Shown: piece after piece, positions 33,511 to 45,655 of the stretch
Layout of the letters: each line of letters starts with the position of its first letter
Numbering within the stretch: the stretch's first letter is position 1
Source of the DNA: Vairimorpha necatrix
Taxonomy: Eukaryota
Direction of reading: 5' to 3'
DNA: 64,000 bases
Assembly (NCBI GenBank): GCA_036630325.1
Contig: CP142736.1
Span: 62,001 to 126,000, forward strand
Notes under the pieces: model-generated
The model's database searches: none
What the model saw: only the letters and a program-made list of their open reading frames with translations
Told to the model about the DNA's origin: nothing
Made by a program: the position numbers and the translations under genes

Positions 33511-34806
33511 TATTTATAATGTATCATTATTTATAAAAACAAATAACTCTTCTGATTTTATAAAACTAAAAAAGAAGATTTAAAATAAAGGTACGCAAGA
33601 AGCAAACCATAAAAAAATTGAAACTAACAACCCAGTTACAACGGTTGGCAGAATACAGCCGACACAATGGTGCTTATAATTTTCAATTTATTATAGATTT
33701 TGTAAATATGTTTTTTAAAATATTACGCTATTTTATTAAATTTGCAAAAAAGTTTAAGCATCGGAAATTTACAAACGAAGTATAAAAAATAAAGCTTTAA
33801 AAGTATTTAAAAATATCTCAATACGATTAAAAGCTGAAGTTTAACTGCCTCTATTACTCGCCGTGCCTATTATGTTTTTTATGGAAATGTGGTTTGTTGT
33901 TTTTTTTCTCAAGACTTGGTTAAAGTCCGAAAATTCGGTCTTTATTTTTTAACTTTTAATAAGTCAAAATTAGTATTTCTTGTAAGAAAGATAGTCTCTA
34001 GTGCAGCTTTCTTTATTATGACATTTTAGATTAAAACAATATGTATTGGTTTACCATTTTTCGTCGACGACGAAGTTTCATTTAAGTCTGTGACCGGGTG
34101 GTATGAGACATGACATCGAGGAGTATGAGTCTAAGAGGGGGAATTGACTATGAGAGCCTTTATAAGTCGTCGAAACGATTTTAATATCTGACGTCTCAAA
34201 AGTGTTTTCTACTAAAATCACAATTCCTTCAACAAGATTCATTTTTTTAGAAAATAGAAACTTATAAAATAAAAGAAAACTTATTTAAAAAAAAAAACAT
34301 ATAAGCCGCTTTAAAAACATAAATGCACCTGCAATTATATAATAATGATTTTGTGTATTGTATTGAACGTAAAAATTTTTATAACGTGGTTGGCACAAAT
34401 TTTTATTAGAAATGCGAGGAACAATGTTTATTGGACAATACAAAACAAAGTATTGAACTTGTCATATATCATACTAGCTACTAAAAAAAACTTACTGTCA
34501 TTTAGTTGTTTTAAATATTTAAAATACAAGACATAGCTCAATTAAAATTTTGTTTAATAAATGTAATATAGTTGTCAATTACTTTATTGGAGTTTCCATC
34601 TCCTCTTTTGGAAATGATTATAAATAGTTTAAGTAGCCAATCAAATACGTCCATTTGTCGAAAGATGATTGGTTGGACTTGATGGGCTACGACAATAGTA
34701 ATACTAGAAAGACTAATAAATTGCAAAGCTTAAAAAATGACATAGATAATAAAAAATTTTCGAATTCATAGATCATATTAATTTTTTTTGTTTATATACA
34801 TACTGT

Positions 34807-34843
34807 TAATTTTTAGATGATTATTTTAATCATCTAAAAATTA
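34807..34843. other. Perfect 17-bp hairpin
   Basis: TAATTTTTAGATGATTA-TTT-TAATCATCTAAAAATTA. Confidence 0.85.
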
Positions 34844-35026
34844 TTAAAAAACATCTTCTTTTTTTCAAAAATAACACAATTCAATTTAGTTATAAGAAAC
34901 CAATAGAGCGTGAGTTAAAGAACAAAAATATGCTATAAAAAAGAACTAATATTTTTTATATAAATTTTTGTACACTAAACTTTCATTATTAGTTTTTTAT
35001 CACAATGTTTAATGAAAGTTTTTTTC

Positions 35027-35861
35027 GGGTAAAGGATACTTTAAAACCCCCCTTTTGAAGCGCTTCGATTTTTTTTTCAAACCCCAAAATTGAAGTGCAA
35101 AAAAAAAGAGGAGCAGGAAGGGGACAAAAATTACTAAGCACTTATGACATTAAAAATAATAAATAAATATATGCTTTTATACAAAAATTTATTTTAGATT
35201 TAGTTATAATAATCATTTGAAGTATTGTGTCTTTTTCGCCCTTCTTATTTTTTCAATTTTTTTTAATTGTTGGTTTATTATTAAAGTAGATTTTCTTCAA
35301 AAATCTACTTTCATAATAAACCAACAATTAAAATTATAAATATTATTTATATAAGAAAATTTAAAACAATGTTCAACGATCTATACAGATTGTTAAATCA
35401 AAAAATTTAATTTAAATATGTTAAGTTATTTAGAATTATATAGTTTTATGGTTTTAATCTTTTTTTAAATCTAATTTCGTATACAAATATATATTTATTT
35501 GGTATTTTTACTGTTTGAAGATGCAAGTAATTTGAGTACTAATGATTGCTTCTCGTTTATTTTGCACTTCGTTTTTGGGGTTCAAAATTATAAAGTGAAC
35601 ACTCTCAGAGGGGAGCGTTTTTGTCCCCAATTCTAAAAAATCAGAAGGGCAAAAAATGATTATTGGTTTATATTATTGTAAAAACTTGTATTAAAATATA
35701 ATTGTGTACATAAATATATATTTATTTATTGTTTTTAATGTCATAAGTGCTGAGTAATTTTTGTCCCCTTCCTGCTCCTCTTTTTTTTTGCACTTCAATT
35801 TTGGGGTTCGAAAAAAAAATCGAAGCGCTTCAAAAGGGGGGTTCTAAAGTACCCCACCTCC
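35027..35861. mobile_element. Non-autonomous TIR element (Merlin- or Mutator-like) with ~145-bp TIRs and 9-bp TSD
   Basis: 35027-35172 is inverted at 35716-35861; GG...CC ends; TSD GTTTTTTTC at 35018-35026 and 35862-35870. Confidence 0.9.
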
Positions 35862-36317
35862 GTTTTTTTCATATGTAACTCCTTCCATCTATGCTGTGTT
35901 ATATCTTCCAGGCGCTTTTTGATTTGAAGTTTTGTTTTGGATATCACGTGTTTAATTAAATCAATATTCATTTCAGATTAAAAATCTGATGTCCACAAAG
36001 TTCAAAAATAAAACTTGTACTGGTTAATAAGAGTCAAAATAAGATATTGTGTGACATTGATATTGCTAATTTCGTTACTTTTTATTGGTTTTTCGAATTT
36101 ATAAAACATTAATTAAAGTTTTAATTTTTCTTTTTTTCAAAAAAATAAATAAAAAATTCAAAATCAAAAATAATAAATTAAAAATATTAAAAATTGTATT
36201 AAAAGCTTTTACATAGATTATAAACATCTTTTAATTTTTTTGTAGAAGTTTTATAAAATATCGATAATTTTTAATTTATTTTTTTGTATATAAATAAATT
36301 TTTTCTTTACCCCCATT

Positions 36318-37976
36318 ATGTTCATCTTACATGTCTTCTATATGTTTGTTTCTATACAAGCAATTTTTAAACCTCTATATGGTGAAACCACGAAAAAGTT
36401 TATTCAAAAAATCGAAGGAGGAGATTATCAAATGCTAGATCACTTTAAAAATGGTTATGCAGACTTATGGCTCAAAAAAAATAAGGAAATTGGGTGTTCT
36501 TTTAAAATATTAGACTTTGAGAAGGATGAAAAATCAGAAATACCAGAATCATTAAATATTAATTGTGAGGGAAAATCTTTAGATATTATTCTTAATGAAT
36601 ATGAAAGAAAATTGATAGAAATTATGGACATCTATAAATTATATAAGGTCTTTTTAAACTATATGGATGCTGATACAGGCGTATGCATAAATTTAAATGA
36701 AAAATTCTTTTTTAAGGACATTATAAAAGGAATCAGAAAAATACATGATAACCTAAATAATACAAATAACAAAAACAAATTTTTGTATTCAAAAACTGCT
36801 TATGCTATTGAAAATGAGGAAGGCTTAATTTTTAACATAAACAAATATGCTCCCTTTGAAACAGAAGACTTTGAGCTAAAGCATAATTCATGTGTCAAAA
36901 TTTTAAGAGATTCGAAAAGAAATATGTGTATCAGTGCTTTAGTTTATACAGAAAAGGCTTGCTTTTATTTCGAATTTTCCAAAGGCGAAATGCTGGACAT
37001 AGTAAACCAATGTCTGGAAGAAAAGAACGTCATTTATAAGAAGTGTTTCGATTTATACAAATCTACTTTTGCTTTTTCTTTTTCTGATAAAAGTGTGAGA
37101 TTTTTCGCAGAAAGAAGGCAAAAAGTTTTGAATACTCTACGTCAAGATGAAAATTGCGAAATAATAAAATTATTAAGAGATGAGCTAGGTTTATTGGAGT
37201 GTTCTGAAAATAATAACACTAAATATAAGCTACAGCGAGAAAATATTTTGGAAAGCAGGGAATATGCAGAAAGAATGCAAGATTTAATGGAAAATACAGA
37301 ATACTCAGTCATCGATGCGTTTAGTATTCTATTGGGAAAAGAGGAAATTGGGTTCCTCGTCAAAAGAATTTTGGATAAAACAAAAGATCAGTTGAATATA
37401 TTTTTTGGTTATATATTATTTTTCGATAAATTAATAGACAAAGAGGAATTAGAATGCCTAAAAAATAAAGGAGATCTTAACAGGGAAAAAATTATATCAA
37501 AGATATTTAACAGTAATAGATACCACCAATATAAATATATTAAGGTATTTTTATTTGTTGAAGCAGAAAATTACATTAACAACGAGATAGCTGCCGAAGG
37601 ATCTTTTAAAACTTTGAAAGAAATTGGAAATATTATGAAAGATAATAGAAAAAACGAAGATCAAAATGAGCAAAGTTCTCAATATTTGGATTTAGTTAAT
37701 ATAATGAATGAAGTAATTGTAAAACAAAGTGAAAACTTTGAAGTTTTTATAATACTAAATATGACAAATTTTATTCGATTATTAGTCAATTCAAGTTTCA
37801 CCATAAGAACAGTTTTTGCAAATAAACGACAAGGAGTAGATAAAAATAAATTAATAAAAATTTTTGATCTTGATCCAAATAAAGTAGAAGGAGATATCAA
37901 TTTGATTAAAGGAAAACTAGCAAAAATTGCTGAAGAAAAAGAAAAAAAAATAAATCTAGCTAAACATTGCTTTTAA
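36318..37976 (+). CDS. Putative secreted protein, family A copy 3
   Basis: Signal peptide MFILHVFYMFVSIQA after CCCCC-ATT; motifs FYFEF, KRILDKTKDQLNIFF, FLFVEAENYIN. Confidence 0.85.
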   Translation: MFILHVFYMFVSIQAIFKPLYGETTKKFIQKIEGGDYQMLDHFKNGYADLWLKKNKEIGCSFKILDFEKDEKSEIPESLNINCEGKSLDIILNEYERKLIEIMDIYKLYKVFLNYMDADTGVCINLNEKFFFKDIIKGIRKIHDNLNNTNNKNKFLYSKTAYAIENEEGLIFNINKYAPFETEDFELKHNSCVKILRDSKRNMCISALVYTEKACFYFEFSKGEMLDIVNQCLEEKNVIYKKCFDLYKSTFAFSFSDKSVRFFAERRQKVLNTLRQDENCEIIKLLRDELGLLECSENNNTKYKLQRENILESREYAERMQDLMENTEYSVIDAFSILLGKEEIGFLVKRILDKTKDQLNIFFGYILFFDKLIDKEELECLKNKGDLNREKIISKIFNSNRYHQYKYIKVFLFVEAENYINNEIAAEGSFKTLKEIGNIMKDNRKNEDQNEQSSQYLDLVNIMNEVIVKQSENFEVFIILNMTNFIRLLVNSSFTIRTVFANKRQGVDKNKLIKIFDLDPNKVEGDINLIKGKLAKIAEEKEKKINLAKHCF

Positions 37977-38366
37977 TTTGATTATATTTTTATTCTCTAG
38001 CAATTTACATTCAAAATTTTTCATTTTTTCTTTATGATTAACAAAATAACAAAAATTTTTTACTAGTCCTGCATGTCTTAAACATCATTAATAGTTAAAT
38101 TGCATATCTTTACAATCAAAAGAATGATAAAAATAAACTTTTGACAAATTAAAACGAATTCTAACCCGCGATAATAATTTATTGGCATAGATCATATAAT
38201 GCTTCTCCTGCAATTAAATCAGTTTCATTTTAAAAAAAATTTCCCCCGGTGGTTAATACTCAATCCTCTTAAGATAAGTTAAGTCTCTTTGTGACCTCCC
38301 GTAGTTATAAGCGTTGTTGTTCTTCACATTAATCTTTCATGTGGGGTATAAAAAAAAAGAAAAATC

Positions 38367-38933
38367 GGTATATGACCGTTTAACCCCCGCTTTGAAATTA
38401 AAAACCCCCTGTCAAAAATGTAAAAATTGGCAAAAACAATATTTGTTGAGGCGGATGAGCTTTAAAGTGAAAAAATGAATTTTGCATAGAAAACAAAGAA
38501 AACATTATTTGGGAAGCATTTGATGTTGAATCGGCTTGCCGCCTTGCTTGTTTCTTGTTTTAGTAGAAATACTGCTATTTCCTTGAGGTAATACAAGATA
38601 ATGTATAACTTGTTTCTATCATGATCACTAATCAATGGGTAACATATGTGGCCACATGAGACAAGCAAAGGGATGGAGCACGGGACTGTGAATCACTCGA
38701 TCAATGCTGTATACCTAGCGATTCTGAGACACAATACCAAATAATTTAGTTGGTTTTATCTCATTTTAAAAAGAAATATTTGATCTAGACATGGAATAAA
38801 TTAGGAAGAACACAATCAGTACCCTTTCCAATTCCTCTGGGCTTTTCAAATCAACAGATAAATCGTCAAGTCTCTTTTTTTATATTTTCCCTTTTTTAAA
38901 AAATTTCAAAGCGGGCTCTAAACGGTTTGTACC
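38367..38933. mobile_element. Merlin-type MITE
   Basis: ~33-bp TIRs ggtatatgaccgtttaacccccgctttgaaatt / aatttcaaagcgggctctaaacggtttgtacc; TSD GAAAAATC/GAAAATTC. Confidence 0.8.
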
Positions 38934-38941
38934 GAAAATTC

Positions 38942-40299
38942 AGCGCTTCTCCGTTTTGCTGCCCTAAAAAAATGGGGCAGCAAAACGGAGAAAAGCAAAA
39001 ATTAATAATTTTTGTTTTTTTTTTAAAAAAGCCCCAAAAATGACAAAAAGAAACTTTTATAATTATAGACATCCTTTGTTTTCCAGTCTTGCCTCATGTA
39101 AAAACTACAAAATAGAGACTGGAATTACTAATTTGATTAGACGATGTGGTTCTTGTGATCATGTTGTTGCAAAGCTTACAATATTATTGGAAAGGGACTA
39201 GGAAAGATTAGTTTATAGGTGTATGAGACAAGAATGCAGGGCAAAAAACAGATTTATACCTGGCATTAAATTATCATTTGAAATTTATCTTTTTGTTGTG
39301 TTCTTGGTCCTTTGTAACAGCAATTATAGATTAATTAAATGTTTAACGTGTGTGTCAAATGACACTATTTTAAAAATAAAGCTTAAATTGAGGGAATATA
39401 TTAGAAAGAAATTGGAAACCGATTGCAAAATCGGTGGATCGGGAGTTCAAGTTCAAGTTGATGAAACTGTACTGTGTAGAAGAGGAACTATTAGAGTTCC
39501 ATCTAGAGCAGATGATGGAATTAAAGATACTGTATGGATTTTCGGGTTAATAGAAGCTGTAGATAGAAAAGTTTTTTGTATGTACAAGTTCCGGATCGAA
39601 AGATAAATACTTTAACAAAGATAATAGGAGATATAGTCTTACCGGGATCAGTTCTTATTTGATGGCCATCCTAGTTATCCCGGTGTAGCAGCGAATCTAA
39701 AACTCAAACACATTATTGTAAATTATTCAATAGGATTTACTAATGAAGAAGGTTTTCATACTAATAATATTGAGAATTTTTGGTCTGGTATGAAATCTGA
39801 AATGACTAAACAGCACGGAGTAAAACGTGTGAATATCGAATCTTGGCTCGAAGAATATACTTTTAGAAAAAAAATTTTAAATAATGTATTGAAGACTGAG
39901 GAAATGGATGTTCTAATTGATTTTAATAAATTGTGGTATTAATTGCCACATTATTATTTTTATTCTTATTTTCCCTCCAAGTGAATTTTCTTGAAAATAT
40001 TTTACTATAAATATTTTCTCTTTATTTTACACACAAAAAAAGATGAACAATCAAGAGAATATGAATAACTACGGGAGGACACAAAGATACCTATCCCCTC
40101 ACAAGAGGACAGCTAATTACCCACATGGGAATAGAATTAATAAAAACCATTTTACTAAAACTAATTTAGGTGCAGGGAGAAGCATTCTTGAATGCTATTT
40201 ACAATTGGCCATCTCCCTGGTGGAAACACCACATAAATATATTTTTTTTTATATTTGATGCCCCATTTTTTTTTTGGGGCAGCAAAACGGAGAAGCACC
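38942..40299 (+). mobile_element. Merlin (IS1016/ISXO2-like) DNA transposon
   Basis: 24-bp TIRs (agcgcttctccgttttgctgccct / ggggcagcaaaacggagaagcacc); 8-bp TSD GAAAATTC at 38934-38941 and 40300-40307. Confidence 0.9.
39040..39943 (+). pseudogene. Frameshifted ISXO2/Merlin DDE transposase
   Basis: IGGSGVQVQVDET, WIFGLIE, DGHPSY, HTNNIENFWS and WLEEYTFR motifs spread over different frames. Confidence 0.88.
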
Positions 40300-41655
40300 G
40301 AAAATTCATTGGTAGGAAAATATAATAATGTGTAATTAATACCACAAAAACAACTTAATTTTACACAATCATGTCAATTGCGTTTTTAAACGGAAAAGCT
40401 TTAGTTAGTTGTAGGAAGAGTTATACATGTCAAATATATGGTGCCATTGTTTTGATTGATATATTTGAGATGTCGTTTCTTTAAATATCACCATCACCAC
40501 CATATATATAAAAGAATTTTATTTAATTTTTTACCCCTCTTTTTTTGTGATTTTAAAAATAAAACTTCTTATTATAACTTATTGTGACATTGTAATATCA
40601 AATTTAAACCCAATGCTTAAATTTGATAATTGTAAGTGCGTATACTATATATCAATACGTTTTTATTCTATTTATTATTTTTAGAAAACTCAGTTCCAAA
40701 ATATCGTCAGAATCGTTTTTTAGAATTTATTTAACCCTTCCAGGAAAAATTTTAAAAACAAATAACAAAGAAGAAATTGAATGTAAGTGTCAAAAACTGA
40801 GCTTAGAAGTTCCAAAAATTATCTCATTGAGATTATTAAATGTTTTAAAACAACATTACTTCTTATATGTTACTAAAAAGTATTTTTGAAAATGATGTCT
40901 AAACTCTGTCAAATTCAATCATCCAAAATGGAAACTGTACAAAATTTAAGGATGAAAGACATATTATCAAACTAAACATTTAGATCCCGTTTTCAAAACG
41001 GGAAAGCATACGCTAGTTTATAATAATTAAACTCATGTTTTCATTTTAACATTAGTAATTTATCAATAATAAAGGAATGGAAAAGTACAACAAAAAGCTA
41101 GACGTCGATCTCGTGGTACAAAAAAGCCGCTTTTGATCAACAAATCACATATTTAATATGTGATTGTGCTATAAAATTTATTTCTTTCAATGTAAAATTT
41201 GTTATCTTTATTAACTAAGCCAATAATCAATGCAAGAGAGATATTAACTAAAAATAATAATGTTATCTCACATTTCGACATTTAGAGACGAGGAAAATTG
41301 GTAGAATCATAATATGTAGACCCTTTTTTATTATTATGTTTGGCTTACTATAAAAAAGATTCTGCTTTTAAATTCGTTGTACATTATAAGGTCTTCAGAA
41401 ATTATTCTCTTTCAAACAACCTTATATAGTTTCGTTTTTGACCTCTAAATATTCAACATAATACATATGCATTTGTTACATAAGTGTCAACAAATATAAT
41501 GTGTATTAAATCTATAAGTTTCATCTTTTATTTCAAATACAAAATAGTCAAACCCTCAAAAATGTCATAAACAAATTGTCGTTGCTCGCTTTTAACCTCT
41601 ATTATTCAAGCAAGTAATAAAATTAAACTTTTATAAGCCAGTAGATTTACAATAT

Positions 41656-42515
41656 GGAGCATTTTCAATTTATCCCCCCCTTACCAATATAAATTAAGAA
41701 TTTTTAAAAAATATCCCTTTTTTTCGAAATTCGAAGCGGAAAAAATGTGAAGGAGCAAAAGTCAAAAAAATAAAGTTGTAATAAAATAGCATATTTACCA
41801 AAAATAAAACAATCGTTTTTTCGTTTTTTTCCAATTTTTTAAAAATTTCCTTCTTCCACTTATTGATCAAGATTTATCTTTATTGTACATTGCAATGTAT
41901 AACAACGAAAATCTTTATATAAACAATATTATACAAGGTTCATTTGCTGTTATAAATTAATATTTTTTAAGAATTAAATAATTTTCCAAACATGTAATAT
42001 TTTACTTTTGGAGCTAAAATATAACATATCTTATTAAATTGATATTATATACACATCAATAATTCTTTAAAGAGCATAAAGATAACATTATTTTTTCTCT
42101 GTTTGTCTAGAAAAACCAATGAAAACCTAAAAAACAAGGCTAATAAATATACTACCAAACTAAGAATAACCAAACCTAGAATCTGTTTTAAACAACATAA
42201 ACTGTGTATAAACATGTTTATCTTTAGCAAAAATTAAATGTAATGACAAAAGAAAGCAATAGGTTAAAACATATTTTTACAAATTTAGACTTCTATTTAA
42301 CTCATAGTTTATTAGAAAACATTATTAAATTGGTTTAAATAATATATTTTTCATAAACTATGTTCAAATTAGATATTTCTAAGACCTTTTTTTTAATTAT
42401 GTAAATTTTTCTCTGTTCCTTTCCGCTCTGGACGCTTCGACTTTTAAAAAACAGGGCTAAAAATAAAAAATTCTTAATTTATATTGGTAAGGGGGGGATA
42501 AAGTGAAAATTAGCC
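41656..42515. mobile_element. Merlin-type MITE
   Basis: TIRs ggagcattttcaatttatcccccccttacc... / ...ggtaagggggggataaagtgaaaattagcc; perfect 8-bp TSD TACAATAT at 41648-41655 and 42516-42523. Confidence 0.9.
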
Positions 42516-42996
42516 TACAATATTCATTAGTTGATTTATAAATTGAACATATCTAAAATACAATTTGTTTTCTATATTTTTTTTTCTATTTCTTAATCCT
42601 CAAACACAGATTTATTTATAAGCATGTGTCATATTTTACTATATTATTCTATAAATCACAACTGCTGTCAAATAATTTTCTTTTCTAGATATAAGATTTT
42701 TAAAAGTCGCTTGCGTACTTGTAATTTGATTATATAATAGCAAATTTTTCATATTTATCTAAAAAACTTCAATTTTAACAATAGAACTTTGGTGTTTACT
42801 GCCGAAATCTACAAATTGTAGATAGACAAAATTTTTAAATAAAAAAATTAATTTATTTTAAATCAATTATTTTTTTGATTGACGTATATTTTCATCAAAT
42901 ACGGCTATTCGATCAGGAGATTGGCTTTTTATCAAAATAAAGTGATTCAAATTTAAGATAGTAATTTTAATTTAAAAAATATGACTCATACCCCCT

Positions 42997-44544
42997 ATGT
43001 ATTTCTATTTTATAAATATATTTCTTATATTTATAGTACTTTTCTCATCTGAATACCTATTTGATTCCTCATTATACTACAAACATCCATACTTAGTATG
43101 CCTATTATTCCCAACATTTGTCCCATGGCAATACATGATCGAAAAAAGATGTACTTTAAAATTAAAAAATCTCACACTCAAAATGAAATATTATCATATC
43201 AACAAAATATTACTTTTATTTACCAGTTTACTACTAGCATTTCTTGTTTATGACAGACCACTAGTTTCTAAATTTATAGTCAATGGTGATAATCTAGTCA
43301 TAAGACCAGTGGGTAATGAAATATTTGTGTATTTTTATATGAAAAATATAACGGAAAAAATAACGGTCAAAAATTCATTTGAAGATTTTCTAATAGAATT
43401 GTATAAAAAGAGGAACGAGACAGAGATAGTTTATGATCTTACAAATATAGATTATTTGGAGTGTAGTAGAAAATTAGATAAATTAAAATTCTCAAAAATG
43501 AACAAACTGAAATGTTTCATTTTAATTGTACAGAATGCTAAAATAGAGAGCTTTAAAGATTTAAGAATCTGTAATCAGGACGAAATAACTAATAATAGTT
43601 CGTTTCCTCCCCCAAATACGCAAACCGATACTGACAATTGTCCTGTACCTATAAAAGATACAAATCTACCAATATCCAATTTATTGAATGCATCTAAAAA
43701 CAATAATACCGGGGGTTCTATTCCGCCTCCTCCTCCTCCGCCACCAATGCCTACAAATGATAGTAATAAACAATTTAATCGATCTACAAGAGAACAGTCA
43801 AACAATAAAGTACACTCTCCAAAGAAGAACAACCAATCTGAACTTAACATGAAACATCTACCGCCAAAAGGCTTATTTGAAGAGCTTTTAGAGCGCAGAA
43901 ATAAATTAAAAAAGGTTAAAGCTAGTCATTTATTCGATAAAAATGATAAATCAAAAGAGAATAGGTTAGAATCAAGTGCAGCCGAAAACGAGAATACTAA
44001 TTCTGAAATAAATGATCGGTCTAAAGATGAAGTAGATAATTCTAGAAAGATTCATATAGCAAATACAAAAAATCAAGCAAACAAAGAGTCTAAAAAGTTC
44101 GAGCCTACACTGGATGATGATCTAAGACGAAAGTTTGATGCACTAAATAACAAAAACAAATCTCAAGATATAAATAGTGAAACTAATCCAACAAGTAATT
44201 CCGCAAGAAAAGGATCCCAAGATAGTTGCTCAAGTAAAGATTCAGGTAAGGCAACGAGCATATGTTCAGATAGTCCGAATATCAATGAAGAGGAATTGGA
44301 TGTTGATGAGACAAATGTAGTTTTTATAGACAATAATGAAGATCAAATTTCTAAAAATAGTAATGAGCCTCAGGAGAATATTGACGATTTCATAGCCAGA
44401 CAAAAATTACAAAAAGAGAAGTCCCCAATTCACTCGCCCATATTCAAAAGCCTTGATTGCGCCGTCGAATATTCCTCATCTGAATCAATAGACTCAGTTA
44501 ATTCGAATTTGCCAGATAGACCAGACGAAGAATGGGAACCATAA
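42997..44544 (+). CDS. Membrane-anchored polyproline/VCA-like protein (family B copy 1)
   Basis: Three N-terminal hydrophobic segments, YYKHP and YDRPLV motifs, 8-Pro run, WH2-like GLFEELLERRNKLKKVK, acidic tail AVEYSSSE...DEEWEP. Confidence 0.85.
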   Translation: MYFYFINIFLIFIVLFSSEYLFDSSLYYKHPYLVCLLFPTFVPWQYMIEKRCTLKLKNLTLKMKYYHINKILLLFTSLLLAFLVYDRPLVSKFIVNGDNLVIRPVGNEIFVYFYMKNITEKITVKNSFEDFLIELYKKRNETEIVYDLTNIDYLECSRKLDKLKFSKMNKLKCFILIVQNAKIESFKDLRICNQDEITNNSSFPPPNTQTDTDNCPVPIKDTNLPISNLLNASKNNNTGGSIPPPPPPPPMPTNDSNKQFNRSTREQSNNKVHSPKKNNQSELNMKHLPPKGLFEELLERRNKLKKVKASHLFDKNDKSKENRLESSAAENENTNSEINDRSKDEVDNSRKIHIANTKNQANKESKKFEPTLDDDLRRKFDALNNKNKSQDINSETNPTSNSARKGSQDSCSSKDSGKATSICSDSPNINEEELDVDETNVVFIDNNEDQISKNSNEPQENIDDFIARQKLQKEKSPIHSPIFKSLDCAVEYSSSESIDSVNSNLPDRPDEEWEP

Positions 44545-44727
44545 AAAAATAAAATTTTTAATATGGTAAAAAAACAAAGGCCTTGCATTTTAAGATAAAA
44601 ATATCAATGTCTTTTATTGCTCATTTTATATGAATATGTAATATTTTAAATATATTCATTCATGTTTTCTAATATTTATATTGTCAAATTATAATTAATT
44701 AAATATATTACATTTCATATTAATGTT

Positions 44728-45345
44728 TTACTTATATAACAAATATCCATCAATACCGAGTTGTATAAGTGACGCCACAGAATATACATAAGGTGTATCT
44801 ACACTTATCATAAAGAATATTCTACATATATCTCCCACTATCCACACAAGATACAATTCCTTCTGACTTCGTACTTTCTTTGTTGTCTCTATAATAACTT
44901 CTTTATTCTGTTTCTCGATCAGCAATTGTATCGAATTGACACTCACTTCAAATATCAAAGAAAGAAGTCCACAAAATTCGAAAGATCTAATAAAAGACCC
45001 TATTAAATGAGTAGACACAGCGACAAGGAGAATGTAAGAAAAATACAATTGTTTGTTTGTTATTTTCAACTTCTTCATTATTTTTTCTTCTGTGACAGAA
45101 TATAAAGATTTATTGAAATATAATAAACAAGAATGAAGAATAATAGTAAAAATTCCTTGTAGTGGAATTACAGAGGAAAGAGAAGATTTCTCCCTAAAAT
45201 GAAATATCTTGAGAATATTGGCTATGATAGTCAAAGAAGATAAAAGTTCAGGGAAGATTATCTTTTGAGTTAGGATTTGAGGAATAAACCCCACTATTGG
45301 GGAAACACAAAAAAGAACAGAAAAAAATATTTCGAGATCTTTCAT
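44728..45345 (-). CDS. PQ-loop membrane protein (PQLC1/Any1-like)
   Basis: SPIVGFIPQI, ANILKIFH, WIVGDICRIFF, IQLGIDGYL; multiple TM segments. ATG at 45345 follows CCCC-AAAAAT. Confidence 0.75.
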   Translation of the reverse strand: MKDLEIFFSVLFCVSPIVGFIPQILTQKIIFPELLSSLTIIANILKIFHFREKSSLSSVIPLQGIFTIILHSCLLYFNKSLYSVTEEKIMKKLKITNKQLYFSYILLVAVSTHLIGSFIRSFEFCGLLSLIFEVSVNSIQLLIEKQNKEVIIETTKKVRSQKELYLVWIVGDICRIFFMISVDTPYVYSVASLIQLGIDGYLLYK

Positions 45346-45484
45346 ATTTTTGGGGTAAAAAATGAAGAAAATAAAACAAAAAAAAATCAAAAACAAAATC
45401 ATTTGTGTAAAATGGGAAAAAACTTCAAATAAAATTAAATTTCCAAATTTCTAGAAAATATTTGTAATTTTAACCCCCTTTTAA

Positions 45485-45655
45485 ATGATCAATAAAAACA
45501 TGAATTTGATCATGGAATTCTGTAAGGAAATGAAGATTGATTTTGCAGATGAAGAAATTATCTCATGCATGTACGACTTAATAGAAGCAGGAATAAGTCC
45601 CACAGAACTAGTCAGGATTATAGATCAAATACAAGCAGACATTAGAAATATTTAA
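45485..45655 (+). CDS. MZT1: MOZART1/Mzt1-like microprotein (56 aa), absent from the ORF track
   Basis: Own translation MINKNMNLIMEFCKEMKIDFADEEIISCMYDLIEAGISPTELVRIIDQIQADIRNI fits the Mzt1 pattern L.E.G(I/V).P..L..(I/V)I..L. CCCCC upstream. Confidence 0.72.
   Translation: MINKNMNLIMEFCKEMKIDFADEEIISCMYDLIEAGISPTELVRIIDQIQADIRNI

Noticed and set aside
33926-33940. CC-GAAAATTC-GG resembling another stacked Merlin junction
   Set aside because: Matching partner TIRs could not be found on either side.
43420-43530. STAS/CRAL-TRIO similarity of IVYDLTNIDYL in family B
   Set aside because: A single short motif is insufficient without a profile or structure search.
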